From positions 3,038,001 through 3,102,000 of the forward strand of contig CATNEN010000031.1 in assembly GCA_950097015.1 (NCBI GenBank): a DNA stretch of 64,000 bases, read 5' to 3'. The stretch is from Macrostomum hystrix. Lineage: Eukaryota > Animalia > Platyhelminthes. How positions within the stretch are numbered: the first letter of the stretch is position 1; each line of letters opens with the position of its first letter. Positions 48,311-61,900 of this stretch are shown here, one piece after another. The translations under genes were made by a program, and so were the position numbers. The notes under the pieces were generated by a model. That model was not told the DNA's origin, ran no database searches, and was given only the letters and a program-made list of their open reading frames with translations.

Positions 48311-48673
48311 GGGGTGAGTGGCAGAGCGGCTAACAAGGTCCTCTCGCACCGAGGTCCCTGAGCTCGATTCCGCGGTAAGGCTACAGTTATTTTGGGTGCA
48401 GCTGCAGAGGGTTTGGCGGCTTGTCGTGCAATTTACGCCCTTAAGGGCCAACCTCCAAGACACAGTGAAGTGTACACTGCCTGGCGATAAGAAAGTCAGT
48501 GCAGATGTACACACCTGTGTGAGTGTGTGCCTGAGTACGGTATCTGTGTGCGTGTGTGCTCAGGAGTCAGCGGAATGGGCAGAATTGCCTGCTCGCTGGC
48601 TGCGGGTCTAGTGTCACCAAATGATGTGCCACTGCCCGCAGCCCTCCTGAAAAGATTATTATCATTATTATTA
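48311..48673 (+). mobile_element. tRNA-derived SINE, apparently full-length copy (about 360 bp)
   Basis: A-box TGGCAGAGCGG and B-box-like GCTCGATTCC. Body shared with five other copies, ending ...GTCACCAAATGATGTGCCA(C/T)TGCCCGCAGCCC followed by an (ATT)n-like tail. Confidence 0.8.
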
Positions 48674-48813
48674 TGGTGCGAGCGTACTATTGAATCAACA
48701 GGCACAATTGATTCAATTTGGGTTCAATTTAAGTCCCTGAATTCTACGTGTGCCACACCCCGGTCTTAATTCCAGACTGACTACAGACTAAAGACAGTTC
48801 CTGCCCCGAAGCA

Positions 48814-51800
48814 ATGGGATCAACACTGGGCACCCAGGAGGCGCCGGAGAATCTGATTGGCTGCGCGAATCTATCAGGCTCCGTGGCCTCCGAGCACCGG
48901 GCGCTGGTCAGCTTCCAGGAGTTCTACCGCCCGGTGCACGGCTACGTTTGCGTGCTGCTCTGCGTCTTCGGCGTGGTGGCCAACACCGCCAACATCGCCG
49001 TGCTCACCCGCAAGGTGATGCTGGCTTCATCCATCAATGTCATCCTTCTAGCTGTGGCCGTGGCCGATCTGCTCACCATGCTGATGTACTTCTTTCAGGT
49101 GAGGGTCACAAGCTGATTAGTTATCAATTCAGATTAAAAAGTGGGTGGACAATTGGGTGGGTGTGATGGTCCCAGTCCATGGACTGAACAGCAGCAGCAC
49201 ACACCATTGGGATGCGCCGCGAAATAGCTGACCAAGGACCACTAGGAGTAGAAGGACGGGAAACTACGTTTCTTAGAAACGGTTTAACAGTAGAAAGACC
49301 ACGTGGTGGACTTTCACAAAAATTGGTCATTCGGTTTGGGAGCTGTCGTGAAGTGGGCAGTCCGTGGTCTTTCCCCAGGGGAAAATAGCGTGGTCTAAAA
49401 AGAAGAAAACCAACCTCTACTTTTAAGATGGGAAATTTTCACTTTTTTTCTGCACAACTTTAGTGACAATGTTTCATTGGAAGCGGATCAAAGACTTATC
49501 TTTTGAAATCAGTTTTGGCGCTAGCCTCATCGTTTTCTGTCAAGCTTTATTTGGGAAAAATATTTTATCATATTTTTTCCTTTTCCCTACATTCCATAAA
49601 TGCATTCAGCTTCTGAATCTAGAAAACAACACGGAAAGTAGCTTTTTTCCCCATTCTCTGACCAGTTCTCAATTGGTTAGGTGTCTTTTTTCTGTGATTT
49701 GAAATCTTCATTGGCAGCAGAAACTAATTAAAATTCATTTTAAGACTTTCGCTGTGAAACTACTAGTCAATCTTAAATAATATACCTTTTCAACTTCGGA
49801 TTCGTCAAAAGTGAGTTCGAATTCGTCAGCCTATATAAAACTATAGAGTGCTCAAGGGAATGAGAAGGGGTGTCTATGGTAATTTCTTTCGAGAAAGTGA
49901 CTTCGAATTCGTCAAAGTAAGTGAAATTCGTCAGTGCAAAAGCAGCCTGATCAGAAAGTGTCTTCGCTTCGTCTATGGCAAGAAAGCAAAGTGCCCAGTG
50001 TAAATTTAAGCGAGAAAGTGAGTGAAATTCGTCAATGTAAAATAAGTCAGCAATCTTTCATTACTCAGCAAAGCTTGTGGCAGACTTTCCTGCTGCTCCT
50101 GTCGTGACAACGCAGGCAATTAGTCGTCGGCTTGACGGGACTTTGTGCATTACATTGAAAGATGTACGGCGGGTTCACGGAGATTGGAATAGTGACGTGA
50201 CAAAAGAAGCTAGATTTCTACACATGACCTGGATGCTAGAAACTGGACTGTTTGTAAGGAATTTAATCTACGTAGATGAGTGTGGGTGCAACCTATGGAC
50301 GTCACGAACTAAAGGATGGGCGGATTTTGGCAATCGCGCAGTAATGATTGCGAATTCGCAGCGTGAGCACAATCTGACGGTAGCACTTGCTGTTAGCCCA
50401 CAGTTGGGCCTGTCCACCACCGCATCTTTGTTGGTGGCTTTACAGCAGAGAGGTTTCGTGAGTTTATGATTGAAGTCGGGACCCTTGTTGATGAAGAGTT
50501 CACGGTACTTGCTGACAACGCCAGGGCACATGGAGTCGTGAATTTTGGGCGTCCTGACCAAAGGCTTCAGTTTCTTCCACCTTACTCGCCTTCTTGAACG
50601 CCACTGAAATGGCAATTTGTTGCATGAAGGCGGTCCTGAAACGGCGCATGACCGACCCTGAAGTTGTCTTTGAAGTGCATGATCGTCAGGCGGCTGTAGC
50701 AGCAGGTGAGACACTTCAGAACCGGCGTCTTCGCATTTTGAGTCGAGAAGTGGAAGCTGCGATGGTTGCGATCACGGAGGAGAAATGCCGACAATGGCAC
50801 GAATTCACACTTCGGTACGGACCGCGGTGTCTGGCACACGGAGGAATTTTGGACTGACTACAGCGTGTTAACCTGTTCAAGCGACTTTAAAGCGTGATTT
50901 TATGCGTCTGTTTTCCTGTTTTGTTTGTTTACTTGCTGTTTTACTTCACGATTGACAATATATACTGGTTGCACTGACGAATTTCACTCACTTTGACGAA
51001 TTCGAAGTCACTTTCTCGAAAGAAATTACCATAGACACCCTTGTCATTCCCTTGAGCGCTCTATAGTTTTATATTGGCTGACGAATTCGAAGTCACTTTT
51101 GACGAATCCGAAGTTGAAAAGGTATACTATTATTAATTAAATAAGAATGCTAAAAAGATAAAACTTATCTGTTCGATTGCGTCACTCCTCAAGGGATTTA
51201 AGACACGCCAAGCCAGAACAGACAGCTGAGTTAATTAAATTCTGCTAAACCCCATCAATTCCCTTATTTTGCAGAAGCTATTAGATCAAGATGTTTTAAG
51301 CCAAAACGGGACAGAAACTTTTAGAGTTTTTTTACTTCGAAAGTACATTTACAAGAGCTAGAAGCACTAACTAAGTACCATCTCAAGGATACAGAAATCA
51401 GCTCAAAGTTCCTTGCATAATAAGGCTTCTAAATGGGATTTTGCTTTAGATCTCTCAGACAGGTTTACTTGACTTCGACGTCAAATTGACCTTCAAGAAT
51501 AAGAACATTAGAGGTGCCATAGAGTACTTTCATGGAAAAGTTATCAAATGCTGTGAAAAAACTCCCCGATGATTTGAGCGGCACTGCTCCCCCATCGGCA
51601 GGTTCTGCACTTCACTCTGCTATCGCCCCTCCCCATCCGCAGGTTCTGCACTTCACTCTGCTATCGCCCCTCCCCATCCGCAGGTTCTGCACTTCACTCT
51701 GCTATCGCCCCTCCCCATCCGCAGGTTCTGCACTTCACTCTGCTATCGCCCCTCCCAATCCGCAGGTTCTGCACTTCACTCTGCTATCGCCCCTCCCCAT

Positions 51801-52872
51801 CCGCAGGTTCTGCACTTCACTCTGCTATCGCCCCCCCATCGGCAGGTTCTGCACTTCACTCTGCTATCGCTCCTCCCCATCCGCAGGTTCTGCATTTCAC
51901 TCTGCTATCGCCCCTCCCCATCCGCAGGTTCTGCACTTCACTCTGCTATCGCCAGGCGAGAACCTGAACGTGCCGCACACACTGTCCTATCCGTGGATTG
52001 TGTACTCTCTATTTGCCATCAGCCTGGTGCTGGTGCTACACACCGTGGCCTGCTGGCTGACGGTGGCGCTCGCCGTGTTCCGTTACCTTTACATCGCCCT
52101 GCCGACCAGGGGCGCGCAGCTGGCCAGCTTTCGCAACGCCTACATCAGCATAGGCGCCATCTGCCTCGCGCTGGCGCTGACCACCACCCCAAACTATTTG
52201 GTGAACGCTGCCGGAGCCTGCCGCTCAGCTAGGGACAATAGCACCGTGGTGCACTTCGTCAGGCTGCCGGACAGAGTCAATCCTGCCCTTGTTGAATCCA
52301 ACTACTGGACCATCGCTGTGCTGTACAAAATCGTACCCTGCCTGATGCTGTCCCTAATGACCGTGCTGCTCATCGTAGAATTGTCCAAGGCGGCCAGGAG
52401 GCGACGGAAGCTGCTGAGCAGCGGCAAGAGTTCCCGTCGGGAGCAGAAAAAGGACCGGCGTGAGCAGCGCACCACCACCATGCTGCTGGCCATTGTGATC
52501 ATCTTCATCATCACGGAGCTGCCGCAGGGAGTCATGTCGTTGCTATGCTTTGTAGTTCACGCCTTCGAAACCAACGTCTATAGTCCGCTAGGCGACGTCT
52601 TGGATCTGCTGTCGCTCGTAAACAACAGCGTGAACTTTGTCCTGTACACCACAATGTCCAAGCAGTTTCGCGACACCTTCGCCGACGTCTTCCTGGCCTG
52701 GTGTCGTAGACCTGAGGCAGCTGCCGAAGCCGCTGTTGCTGCCGTCGCCGCCGCCGCCGATGTCGATCCCGCAGACGTAGGCGAGGAAGCTCCTCTGCCC
52801 AGGAATGGTCAGGAACCGAAGGAATCTGAGCAGCCGCCGGAGCAGCCGATAAGGCGAAGCCATCTTGTCTAG
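48814..52872 (+). CDS. Rhodopsin-class peptide GPCR (myosuppressin/FMRFamide/sex-peptide-receptor-like), about 409 aa (exons 48814-49098, 51928-52872)
   Basis: TM1 GYVCVLLCVFGVVANTANIAVL, TM2 LAVAVADLL, TM3 HTVACWLTVALAVFRY, TM6 TTMLLAIVIIFIITELPQG, TM7 NNSVNFVLYTTMSKQFR. The phase-0 donor 49099 joins the phase-0 acceptor 51927 to give MYFFQ|VLHFTLLSPGEN. Confidence 0.88.
49783..51124 (+). mobile_element. Non-autonomous Tc1/mariner (IS630-Tc1-mariner) DNA transposon with about 156-bp TIRs and a truncated, frameshifted DDE transposase
   Basis: TA TSDs at 49781-49782 and 51125-51126. TIRs 49783-49939 and 50969-51124 (TACCTTTTCAACTTCGGATTCGTC...). Transposase remnants IYVDECG (50077-50469), DNARAH (about 50510) and the ORF 50594-50857. 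Lies inside the GPCR intron. Confidence 0.88.
51587..51952 (+). repeat. 41-bp tandem repeat made of the GPCR intron/exon-2 junction (9 copies)
   Basis: Unit CCCTCCCCATCCGCAG|GTTCTGCACTTCACTCTGCTATCG. The last copy runs straight into exon 2. Confidence 0.92.
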
Positions 52873-54164
52873 TTGGCGACTATAGCCTAGCAACACAGAC
52901 AGACGCAATGCTGACAATCCGAGATACTTGTGCCCCGAGTACTATCTAACACGATGCGGAGCAATTTTACATAATTTAAACAGGCTTGTGTCGCCTCACA
53001 TGCTACTTTACAAAAGCATATTTTTTAAGTCTTTGTCGTGACAGTTCGTTGTGTTGTTTCAAAGTTTTTTAGTAGTTTTTAAGCGTGATTCTAACGTTCA
53101 AAAAATCAATTGTTCATTTATTCTTTATCAAAACGTCCAGTTCTCAGATGATGAAAGTCAATCTACCAGTAAGCTGCCCTATTTTATGTACCACTGAGCA
53201 GAGCAAGATAATTATTGTTCTCATTGTTATTGAGTGTCTGCACATGTCTCACCTCGATATTCTTTGTTCTTTTTGTGTTGCCATTCAGCTTGCCCTGAAG
53301 AATTTTTTTATGAAACTATGCTGCTTCACTTTTTTAGATTGCTCTCAAATCGGCTGAGCAAACTGCTAACGCCTTCGGACCATATATAGTTTGGACCATA
53401 GACAAATAGACTATAGGTGTTTGTTGTTAGTTGTTCGCCTTATTTAAGCTAGTTATATGTACTGTAGTATGACACAAAAATACTATATTTTATAGTGCGT
53501 TTCGCAAATCGCAGCATGAATCGTGTATCTATGCTCATTTGCACAACTTTGTCTCCGGGAAATCATCCAATAAATCAATTTATTCAGTTAAAGTCACTGA
53601 ACATAGGTAAAAATAACTTTTTCGACGTATGATTTTGTGTTTATTGAAAAAGTTTAATGATCTAATCTACATGGAAATGCGTAGACATGGCGCCTATAGT
53701 AGGGCAGGATAGTACAAAAATGGCATCCAAAGGCTGCGGGCATCAGTTCAGTCCATGGACTGGGGTGGACCGTCAAATACAAACCAAATTTCTACGCCAG
53801 GCGGACCGGAGTGCGAGGTCGTTCAACCTAGAATGATCAATGTCTTCGACCGGGGTTGCCCTCAGGCCAATGGACCTACGAAATAAAATGAGAAATCCAC
53901 CGCCTTATTCAGTCGTTATGCTAAATCCATTTAGAAGCTTATCTTTCTAAACCGAAAGGAAGAATTGCAGCTGGATGAATAAACAAGGTCGCTAAATTAT
54001 CAAAACTACCTAATAATCTCCCAAAACGTCTGAGGAGAGAATAGTTCATTCAGCTTGGAAGGCTTCGTGAATTCACCTAGAAAAATTTGATTAGAAGGGC
54101 TTTCGGCGATTGGGAAAATTAGACAAATTTGGGGAACCGGCGATTGGGGAAATTTAGTGATTAA

Positions 54165-57100
54165 GGAAATTGGTAATAGGAGAAATCGGCCATTGGGGAA
54201 ACTAATGATTGGAGAAATCAATGATTGGAGAAATCGACCATTGGGGAAGTCGACCATTGGGGAAATCGATGATTGGGGAAATCGATGATTAGGGAAATTG
54301 ATGATTGGGGAAGTCGATGATTAGGGAAATTGATGATTGGGGAAATCGATGATTAGGGAAATTGATGATTGGGGAAGTCGATGATTGGGGAAATCAATGA
54401 TTGGGGAAATCGACCATTGGGGAAATCGATGATTGGGGAAATCGATGATTAGGGAAATTGATGATTGGGGAAATCAATGATTGGGAAATCAATGATTGGG
54501 GAAGTCGATGATTGGGGAAATCAATGATTGGGAAATCAATGATTGGGGAAGTCGATGATTGGGGAAATCGATGATTGGGGAATTCGATGATTGGGAAAAT
54601 CAATGATTGGGGAAGTCGATGATTGGGAAAATCAATGATTGGTGAAATCGACCATTGGGGAAATCGATGATTGGGGAAGTCGACCATTGGGGAAGTCGAC
54701 CATTGGAGAAATCGATGATTGAGGAAATCAATGATTGGGGAAATCAATGATTGGGGAAATCAATGATTGGGGAATTCGATGATTAGGGAAATTGATGATT
54801 GGGGAAATCGATGATTAGGGAAATTGATGATTGGGGAAGTCGATGATTGGGGAAATCAATGATTGGGGAAATCGACCATTGGGGAAATCGATGATTGGGG
54901 AAATCGATGATTAGGGAAATTGATGATTGGGAAAATCAATGATTGGGAAATCAATGATTGGGGAAGTCGATGATTGGGGAAATCAATGATTGGGAAATCA
55001 ATGATTGGGGAAGTCGATGATTGGGAAAATCAATGATTGGGGAAGTCGATGATTGGGAAAATCAATGATTGGGGAAGTCGATGATTGGGAAAATCAATGA
55101 TTGGGGAAATTGATGATTGGGGAAATCGATGATTGGGGAAATCGATGATTAGGGAAATCAATGATTGGGGAAATCAATGATTGGGAAATCAATGATTGGG
55201 GAAGTCGATGATTGGGGAAATCAATGATTGGGAAATCAATGATTGGGAAAGTCGATGATTGGGAAAATCAATGATTGGGGAAATTGATGATTGGGGAAAT
55301 CGACCATTGGGGAAGTCGACCATTGGGGAAGTCGACCATTGGGGAAGTCGACCATTGGGGAAGTCGACCATTGGGGAAGTCGACCATTGGGGAAGTCGAC
55401 CATTGGAGAAATCGATGATTGAGGAAATCAATGATTGGGGAAATCAATGATTGGGGAAATCAATGATTGGGGAATTCGATGATTAGGGAAATTGATGATT
55501 GGGGAAATCGATGATTAGAGAAATTGATGGTTGGGGAAGTCGATGATTGGGGAAATCAATGATTGGGGAAATCGACCATTGGGGAAATCGATGATTGGGG
55601 AAATCGATGATTAGGGAAATTGATGATTGGGGAAATCAATGATTGGGAAATCAATGATTGGGGAAGTCGATGATTGGGGAAATCAATGATTGGGAAATCA
55701 ATGATTGGGGAAGTCGATGATTGGGAAAATCAATGATTGGGGAAGTCGATGATTGGGAAAATCAATGATTGGGGAAATTGATGATTGGGGAAGTCGATGA
55801 TTGGGGAAATCGATGATTGGGAAATCAATGATTGGGGAAGTCGATGATTGGGAAAATCAATGATTGGGGAAGTCGAGGATTGGGAAAATCAATGATTGGG
55901 GAAATTGATGATTGGGGAAATCGACCATTGGGGAAGTCGACCATTGGGGAAGTCGACCATTGGAGAAATCGATGATTGAGGAAATCAATGATTGGGGAAA
56001 TCAATGATTGGGGAAATCAATGATTGGGGAATTCGATGATTAGGGAAATTGATGATTGGGGAAATCAATGATTGGGAAATCAATGATTGGGGAAGTCGAT
56101 GATTGGGGAAATCAATGATTGGGAAATCAATGATTGGGGAAGTCGATGATTGGGAAAATCAATGATTGGGGAAGTCGATGATTGGGAAAATCAATGATTG
56201 GGGAAATTGATGATTGGGGAAATCGATGATTGGGGAAATCGATGATTAGGGAAATCAATGATTGGGAAATCAATGATTGGGGAAGTCGATGATTGGGAAA
56301 ATCAATGATTGGGGAAGTCGATGATTGGGAAAATCAATGATTGGGGAAATCGACCATTGGGGAAGTCGACCATTGGGGAAGTCGACCATTGGAGAAATCG
56401 ATGATTGAGGAAATCAATGATTGGGGAAATCAATGATTGGGGAAATCAATGATTGGGGAATTCGATGATTAGGGAAATTGATGATTGGGGAAATCGATGA
56501 TTAGAGAAATTGATGGTTGGGGAAGTCGATGATTGGGGAAATCAATGATTGGGGAAATCGACCATTGGGGAAATCGATGATTGGGGAAATCGATGATTAG
56601 GGAAATTGATGATTGGGGAAATCAATGATTGGGAAATCAATGATTGGGGAAGTCGATGATTGGGGAAATCAATGATTGGGAAATCAATGATTGGGGAAGT
56701 CGATGATTGGGAAAATCAATGATTGGGGAAGTCGATGATTGGGAAAATCAATGATTGGGGAAATCGACCATTGGGGAAGTCGACCATTGGGGAAGTCGAC
56801 CATTGGAGAAATCGATGATTGAGGAAATCAATGATTGGGGAAATCAATGATTGGGGAAATCAATGATTGGGGAATTCGATGATTAGGGAAATTGATGATT
56901 GGGGAAATCGATGATTAGAGAAATTGATGGTTGGGGAAATCGATGATTGGGGAAATCAATGATTGGGGAATTCGATGATTAGGGAAATTGATGATTGGGG
57001 AAATCAATGATTGGGGAAATCAATGATTGGGGAAATCAATGAGTGGGGAAGTCGACCATTGGGGAAATCGATGATTGAGGAAATCAATGATTGGGGAAAT

Positions 57101-57415
57101 CAATGATTGGGGAAATCGATGATTAGGGAAATTGATGATTGGGGAAATCAATGATTGGGGAAATCGACCAATAAGGATATTGACCATTGGGGAAATCGAT
57201 GATTGGGGAAATCAATCATTGGGGAAATCGACTATTAAGGATATCGACCATTGGGGAAATCGATGATCGGGGAAATCAATTATTGGGGAAATCAATGATT
57301 GGGGAAGTCGACCATTGGGGAAATCGATGATTGGGGAAATCAATAATTGCGAAAATCAATAATTGGGGAAATCGATGATTGGGGAAGTTGACCATTGGAG
57401 AAATCGACGATTTGG
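54165..57415. repeat. 3.2-kb 13-bp satellite (GATTGGGGAAATC[A/G]AT-type) with higher-order blocks
   Basis: Direct reading. A diagnostic variant block recurs at about 54701, 55401, 55958, 56387 and 56801. Confidence 0.95.
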
Positions 57416-58046
57416 AAATGAACGATTGCAGAATCTGGATATAAACATTTCAGCAGCATCGCTATATTGAGTACAGCTAAAGCTAAACTCTCAGCAGCAA
57501 GCAATCTTTGTTTAATTAAGGTGACAGAACTCACATTACGGACGACAAGAACTGATAAGCTGATAATCCGCGCGATTTACACGCAAATCCGTGCCAGCTT
57601 CTCCAGTTTCGTTGAATTTCAAAGACTTCCAGATTACCGCCAGTTAATCGGATGAAGAACTGGACAAGACAGGATTAGAAATGCTACTTCAGTAAGATTG
57701 AGAGGCCATTCGATTATCCTCCTGTCTGCCCTTGAATTCGAGAATAACCTAGACCATTTTTCAATGATCTTTTGAATAGTTATTCTCCTAGATTTAAAAG
57801 GAAGCAAGAAATTACTGTTCTGGCAGCCTTTGTTCCTATGTCTGGGGAATCATTAATAGTCTGTTTATTATCCCATGTCAAGCCAGGGAAGCGATTTGAT
57901 TTTTACATATAAACAATTTGTCTACCGTGAATGTCTTTCTATCAGTTTTTGTCATTTCTGAGACTCAATCAGGCGCTCGGTATATTTGAAATGGACAAAA
58001 ACAGACCTAAAACAGACTATTATCATAATCAGACACCCCTGTTTAG

Positions 58047-58446
<400 letters not shown>

Positions 58447-58924
58447 CAGAACTTCTCACCTTAAAAGCCTAAGTGGCCTACTGCCCGATTGGGTCTTCGC
58501 ATTCGGTTGTCATGGAAACTAAAACTTCCGCAGAGAATAATGAGATTGGAGTAGAGAGTGGGTGAAGAGGGAGGCGAGAGAATTAGCTAGAGAGGTTTCA
58601 GTCCTTCCCCAATTCCCCGCTGGTATTGTTTCGTGTTAAGTCAGAATTGCACTTTAGAGAGGCTTTCAAGACTCGCGGACGGATGGAGTTGGACTGTAGG
58701 CTGTGGCCATTGTTTGTCTGATTCAAGGGCCTGTAGGATGTGCAGCGCAACAGCAAATGAAAGCACAAGAGACACAATGCATTAGGAAGGATACAACAGG
58801 GACTCAGCAGAAAGCTCACTTTCATAATAGACAGACTGTTTGATTCTGAGGAAATTTTTAAGCATCCCTAAAACTGTAAGACAAAACAGCAGCTCACCAC
58901 TTCCCTCTGCAATCCCTAAAGCCG

Positions 58925-61900
58925 ATGCTGCCTCTGCTGCTGCTGCTGCTGCTGCTGCAACTGGGACCTGTACAAGCCGGATCATGTAAGCCTTCAATAA
59001 TTATTCTTTTTATCTCATCAGCAAAACTTCCTTTCGAGTCAACTAACCCTTCTGACAATTTAAACTTATTAGAAAATATTGCCTGCTTCGATTCATTTTG
59101 CTTGCATAAATTTATGAATTTCCTGTCACCTTCTTTTTCCTTGTAGAATTTCTAAATTCTAGGGTAGGAAATAGGGTAGGAGGGTAGGAAATAGGGTAGG
59201 AGAGTAGGAAATAGGGTAGGAGGGTAGGAAATAGGGTAGGAGGGTAGGAAATAGGGTAGGAGAGTAGGAAATAGGGTAGGAGAGTAGGAAATAGGGTAGG
59301 AGAGTAGGAAATAGTGTAGGAGAGTAGGATATAGGGTAGGAGGGTAGGAAATAGGGTAGGAGAGTAGGAAATAGGGTAGGAGGGTAGGAAATAGGGTAGG
59401 AGAGTAGGAAATAGGGTAGGAGGGTAGGAAATAGGGTAGGAGGGTAGGAAATAGGGTAGGAGAGTAGGAAATAGGGTAGGAGAGTAGGAAATAGGGTAGG
59501 AGAGTAGGAAATAGGGTAGGAGAGTAGGAAATAGGGTAGGAGAGTAGGAAATAGGGTAGGAGAGTAGGAAATAGGGTAGGAGGGTAGGAAATAGGGTAGG
59601 AGGGTAGGAAATAGGGTAGGAGAGTAGGAAATAGGGTAGGAGGGTAGGAAATAGGGTAGGAGAGTAGGAAATAGGGTAGGAGAGTAGGAAATAGGGTAGG
59701 AGAGTAGGAAATAGGGTAGGAGAGTAGGAAATAGGGTAGGAGGGTAGGAAATAGGGTAGGAGGGTAGGAAATAGGGTAGGAGAGTAGGAAATAGGGTAGG
59801 AGGGTAGGAAATAGGGTAGGAGGGTAGGAAAGTTTTTCAATCGCTGCTAAGCATCGGACATTGCCCTTCCAGGTGACTACGTGTCAACAGCTTCAGGACC
59901 GTGCGATTCCACGGCCAACGAGGGAAGCTGCGCCGACTATTACCAGGTGTTCGCCGACCTGTCCTATCAGTACATTCAGAGTCCTAAATATCCTGGCTAT
60001 TACGATGAGTGAGGCATTTTTTAATAACCCGCATTGTTCAAACTGTATTACCATCGTTTCTATCACTAGGATAGTTTCATAGTTTCTAAAGCTTCTATCA
60101 CTCCTTAAATCTTAACAATACCTGTCACTCCTAACTAGATCCTGTCACTCCTAACTAGATCCTGTCACTCCTAACTAGATCCTGTCACTCCTAACTAGAT
60201 CCTGTCACTCCTAACTAGATCCTGTCACTCCTAACTAGATCCTGTCACTCCTAACTAGATCCTGTCACTCCTAACTAGATCCTGTCACTCCTAACTAGAT
60301 TATATCACTCCTAACTAGATCCTGTCACTCCTAACTAGATCCTGTCACTCCTAACTAGATACTGGGACTCCTAACTAGATTATATCACTACTAACTAGAT
60401 CCTGTCACTTCCAACTAATTTTATTTCAATTTTGTGCATGTTAGCTATATCAGCGTCAGTCAATATTGGAGTCACTAAATCTAAAGAATGATTACATCAA
60501 TATCTGCATAATGCTCCTTGCCTGCCAATTGTCGTCACTTTTAATTTAAATTTTTGCTAATTCCTATTGCTCACCTAACTCAGCAACCAGGTGTGCCGCT
60601 GGGTGGTCTCGGCCTGCCGTTGCTACAATCCACTGCGACCAGAGGCGAAATTTCGAGTCGAAATTGAAATGGTCGACTACGAAATGCAGGATAGCCCATC
60701 TTGCACCTGGGACTATGTTGAGATTAAGGATGGTAAGCCACAGTCTATGCCACAGTCTATGCCACAGTCTATGCCACAGTCTATGCCACAGTCTATGCCA
60801 CAGTCTATGCCACAGTCTATGCCACAGTCTATGCCACAGTCTATGCCACAGTCTATGCCACAGTCTATGCCACAGTCTATGCCACAGTCTATGCCACAGT
60901 CTATGCCACAGTCTATGCCACAGTCTATGCCACAGTCTATGCCACAGTCTATGCCACAGTCTATGCCACAGTCTATGCCACAGTCTATGCCACAGTCTAT
61001 GCCACAGTCTATGCCACAGTCTATGCCACAGTCTATGCCACAGTCTATGCCACAGTTTATGCCACAGTCTATGCCACAGTCTATGCCACAGTTTATGCCA
61101 CAGTTTATGCCACAGTCTATGCCACAGTCTATGCCACAGTCTATGCCACAGTCTATGCCACAGTCTATGCCACAGTCTATGCCACAGTTCATGCCACAGT
61201 CTATGCCACAGTCTATGCCACAGTCTATGCCACAGTCTATGCCACAGTCTATGCCACAGTCTATGCCACAGTCTATGCCACAGTCTATGCCACAGTCTAT
61301 GCCACAGTCTATGCCACAGTCTATGCCACAGTCTATGCCACAGTCTATGCCACAGTCTATGCCACAGTCTATGCCACAGTTTATGCCACAGTTTATGCCA
61401 CAGTCTATGCCACAGTCTATGCCACAGTCTATGCCACAGTTTATGCCACAGTCTATGCCACAGTCTATGCCACAGTCTATGCCACAGTCTATGCCACAGT
61501 TTATGCCACAGTTTATGCCACAGTCTATGCCACAGTCTATGCCACAGTCTATGCCACAGTTTATGCCACAGTCTATGCCACAGTCTATGCCACAGTCTAT
61601 GCCACAGTCTATGCCACAGTTTATGCCACAGTCTATGCCACAGTCTATGCCACAGTCTATGCCACAGTCTATGCCACAGTCTATACCACAGTAATCAGAG
61701 ATTGACGGGGTCGAGATCAGACATGGGAGAGGTGAGATAAGGGAGGTGTGATTGGGCAGAGATGAGACATGGGTGAGGTGTGATGGGGAGAGAAGAGATA
61801 GGGTATTGTTGAGATTTAGAGACATGGAGACGACCATAGTGACCTGTTGATCAGTGTTATAGGCTTGTCTGTGACTAAATATTTGATATGTAGTTAAAAG

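Noticed and set aside
51955-51956. CCAG|GCGAG as the GPCR exon-2 acceptor
   Set aside because: Phase 1, incompatible with the phase-0 donor at 49099; direct joining gives an immediate stop.
60733-61740. (QSMP)n, (HSLC)n and (DCGI)n ORFs
   Set aside because: Products of the 12-bp intronic array. The CUB frame splices out at GTAAG (60733) and resumes in phase at 61953.
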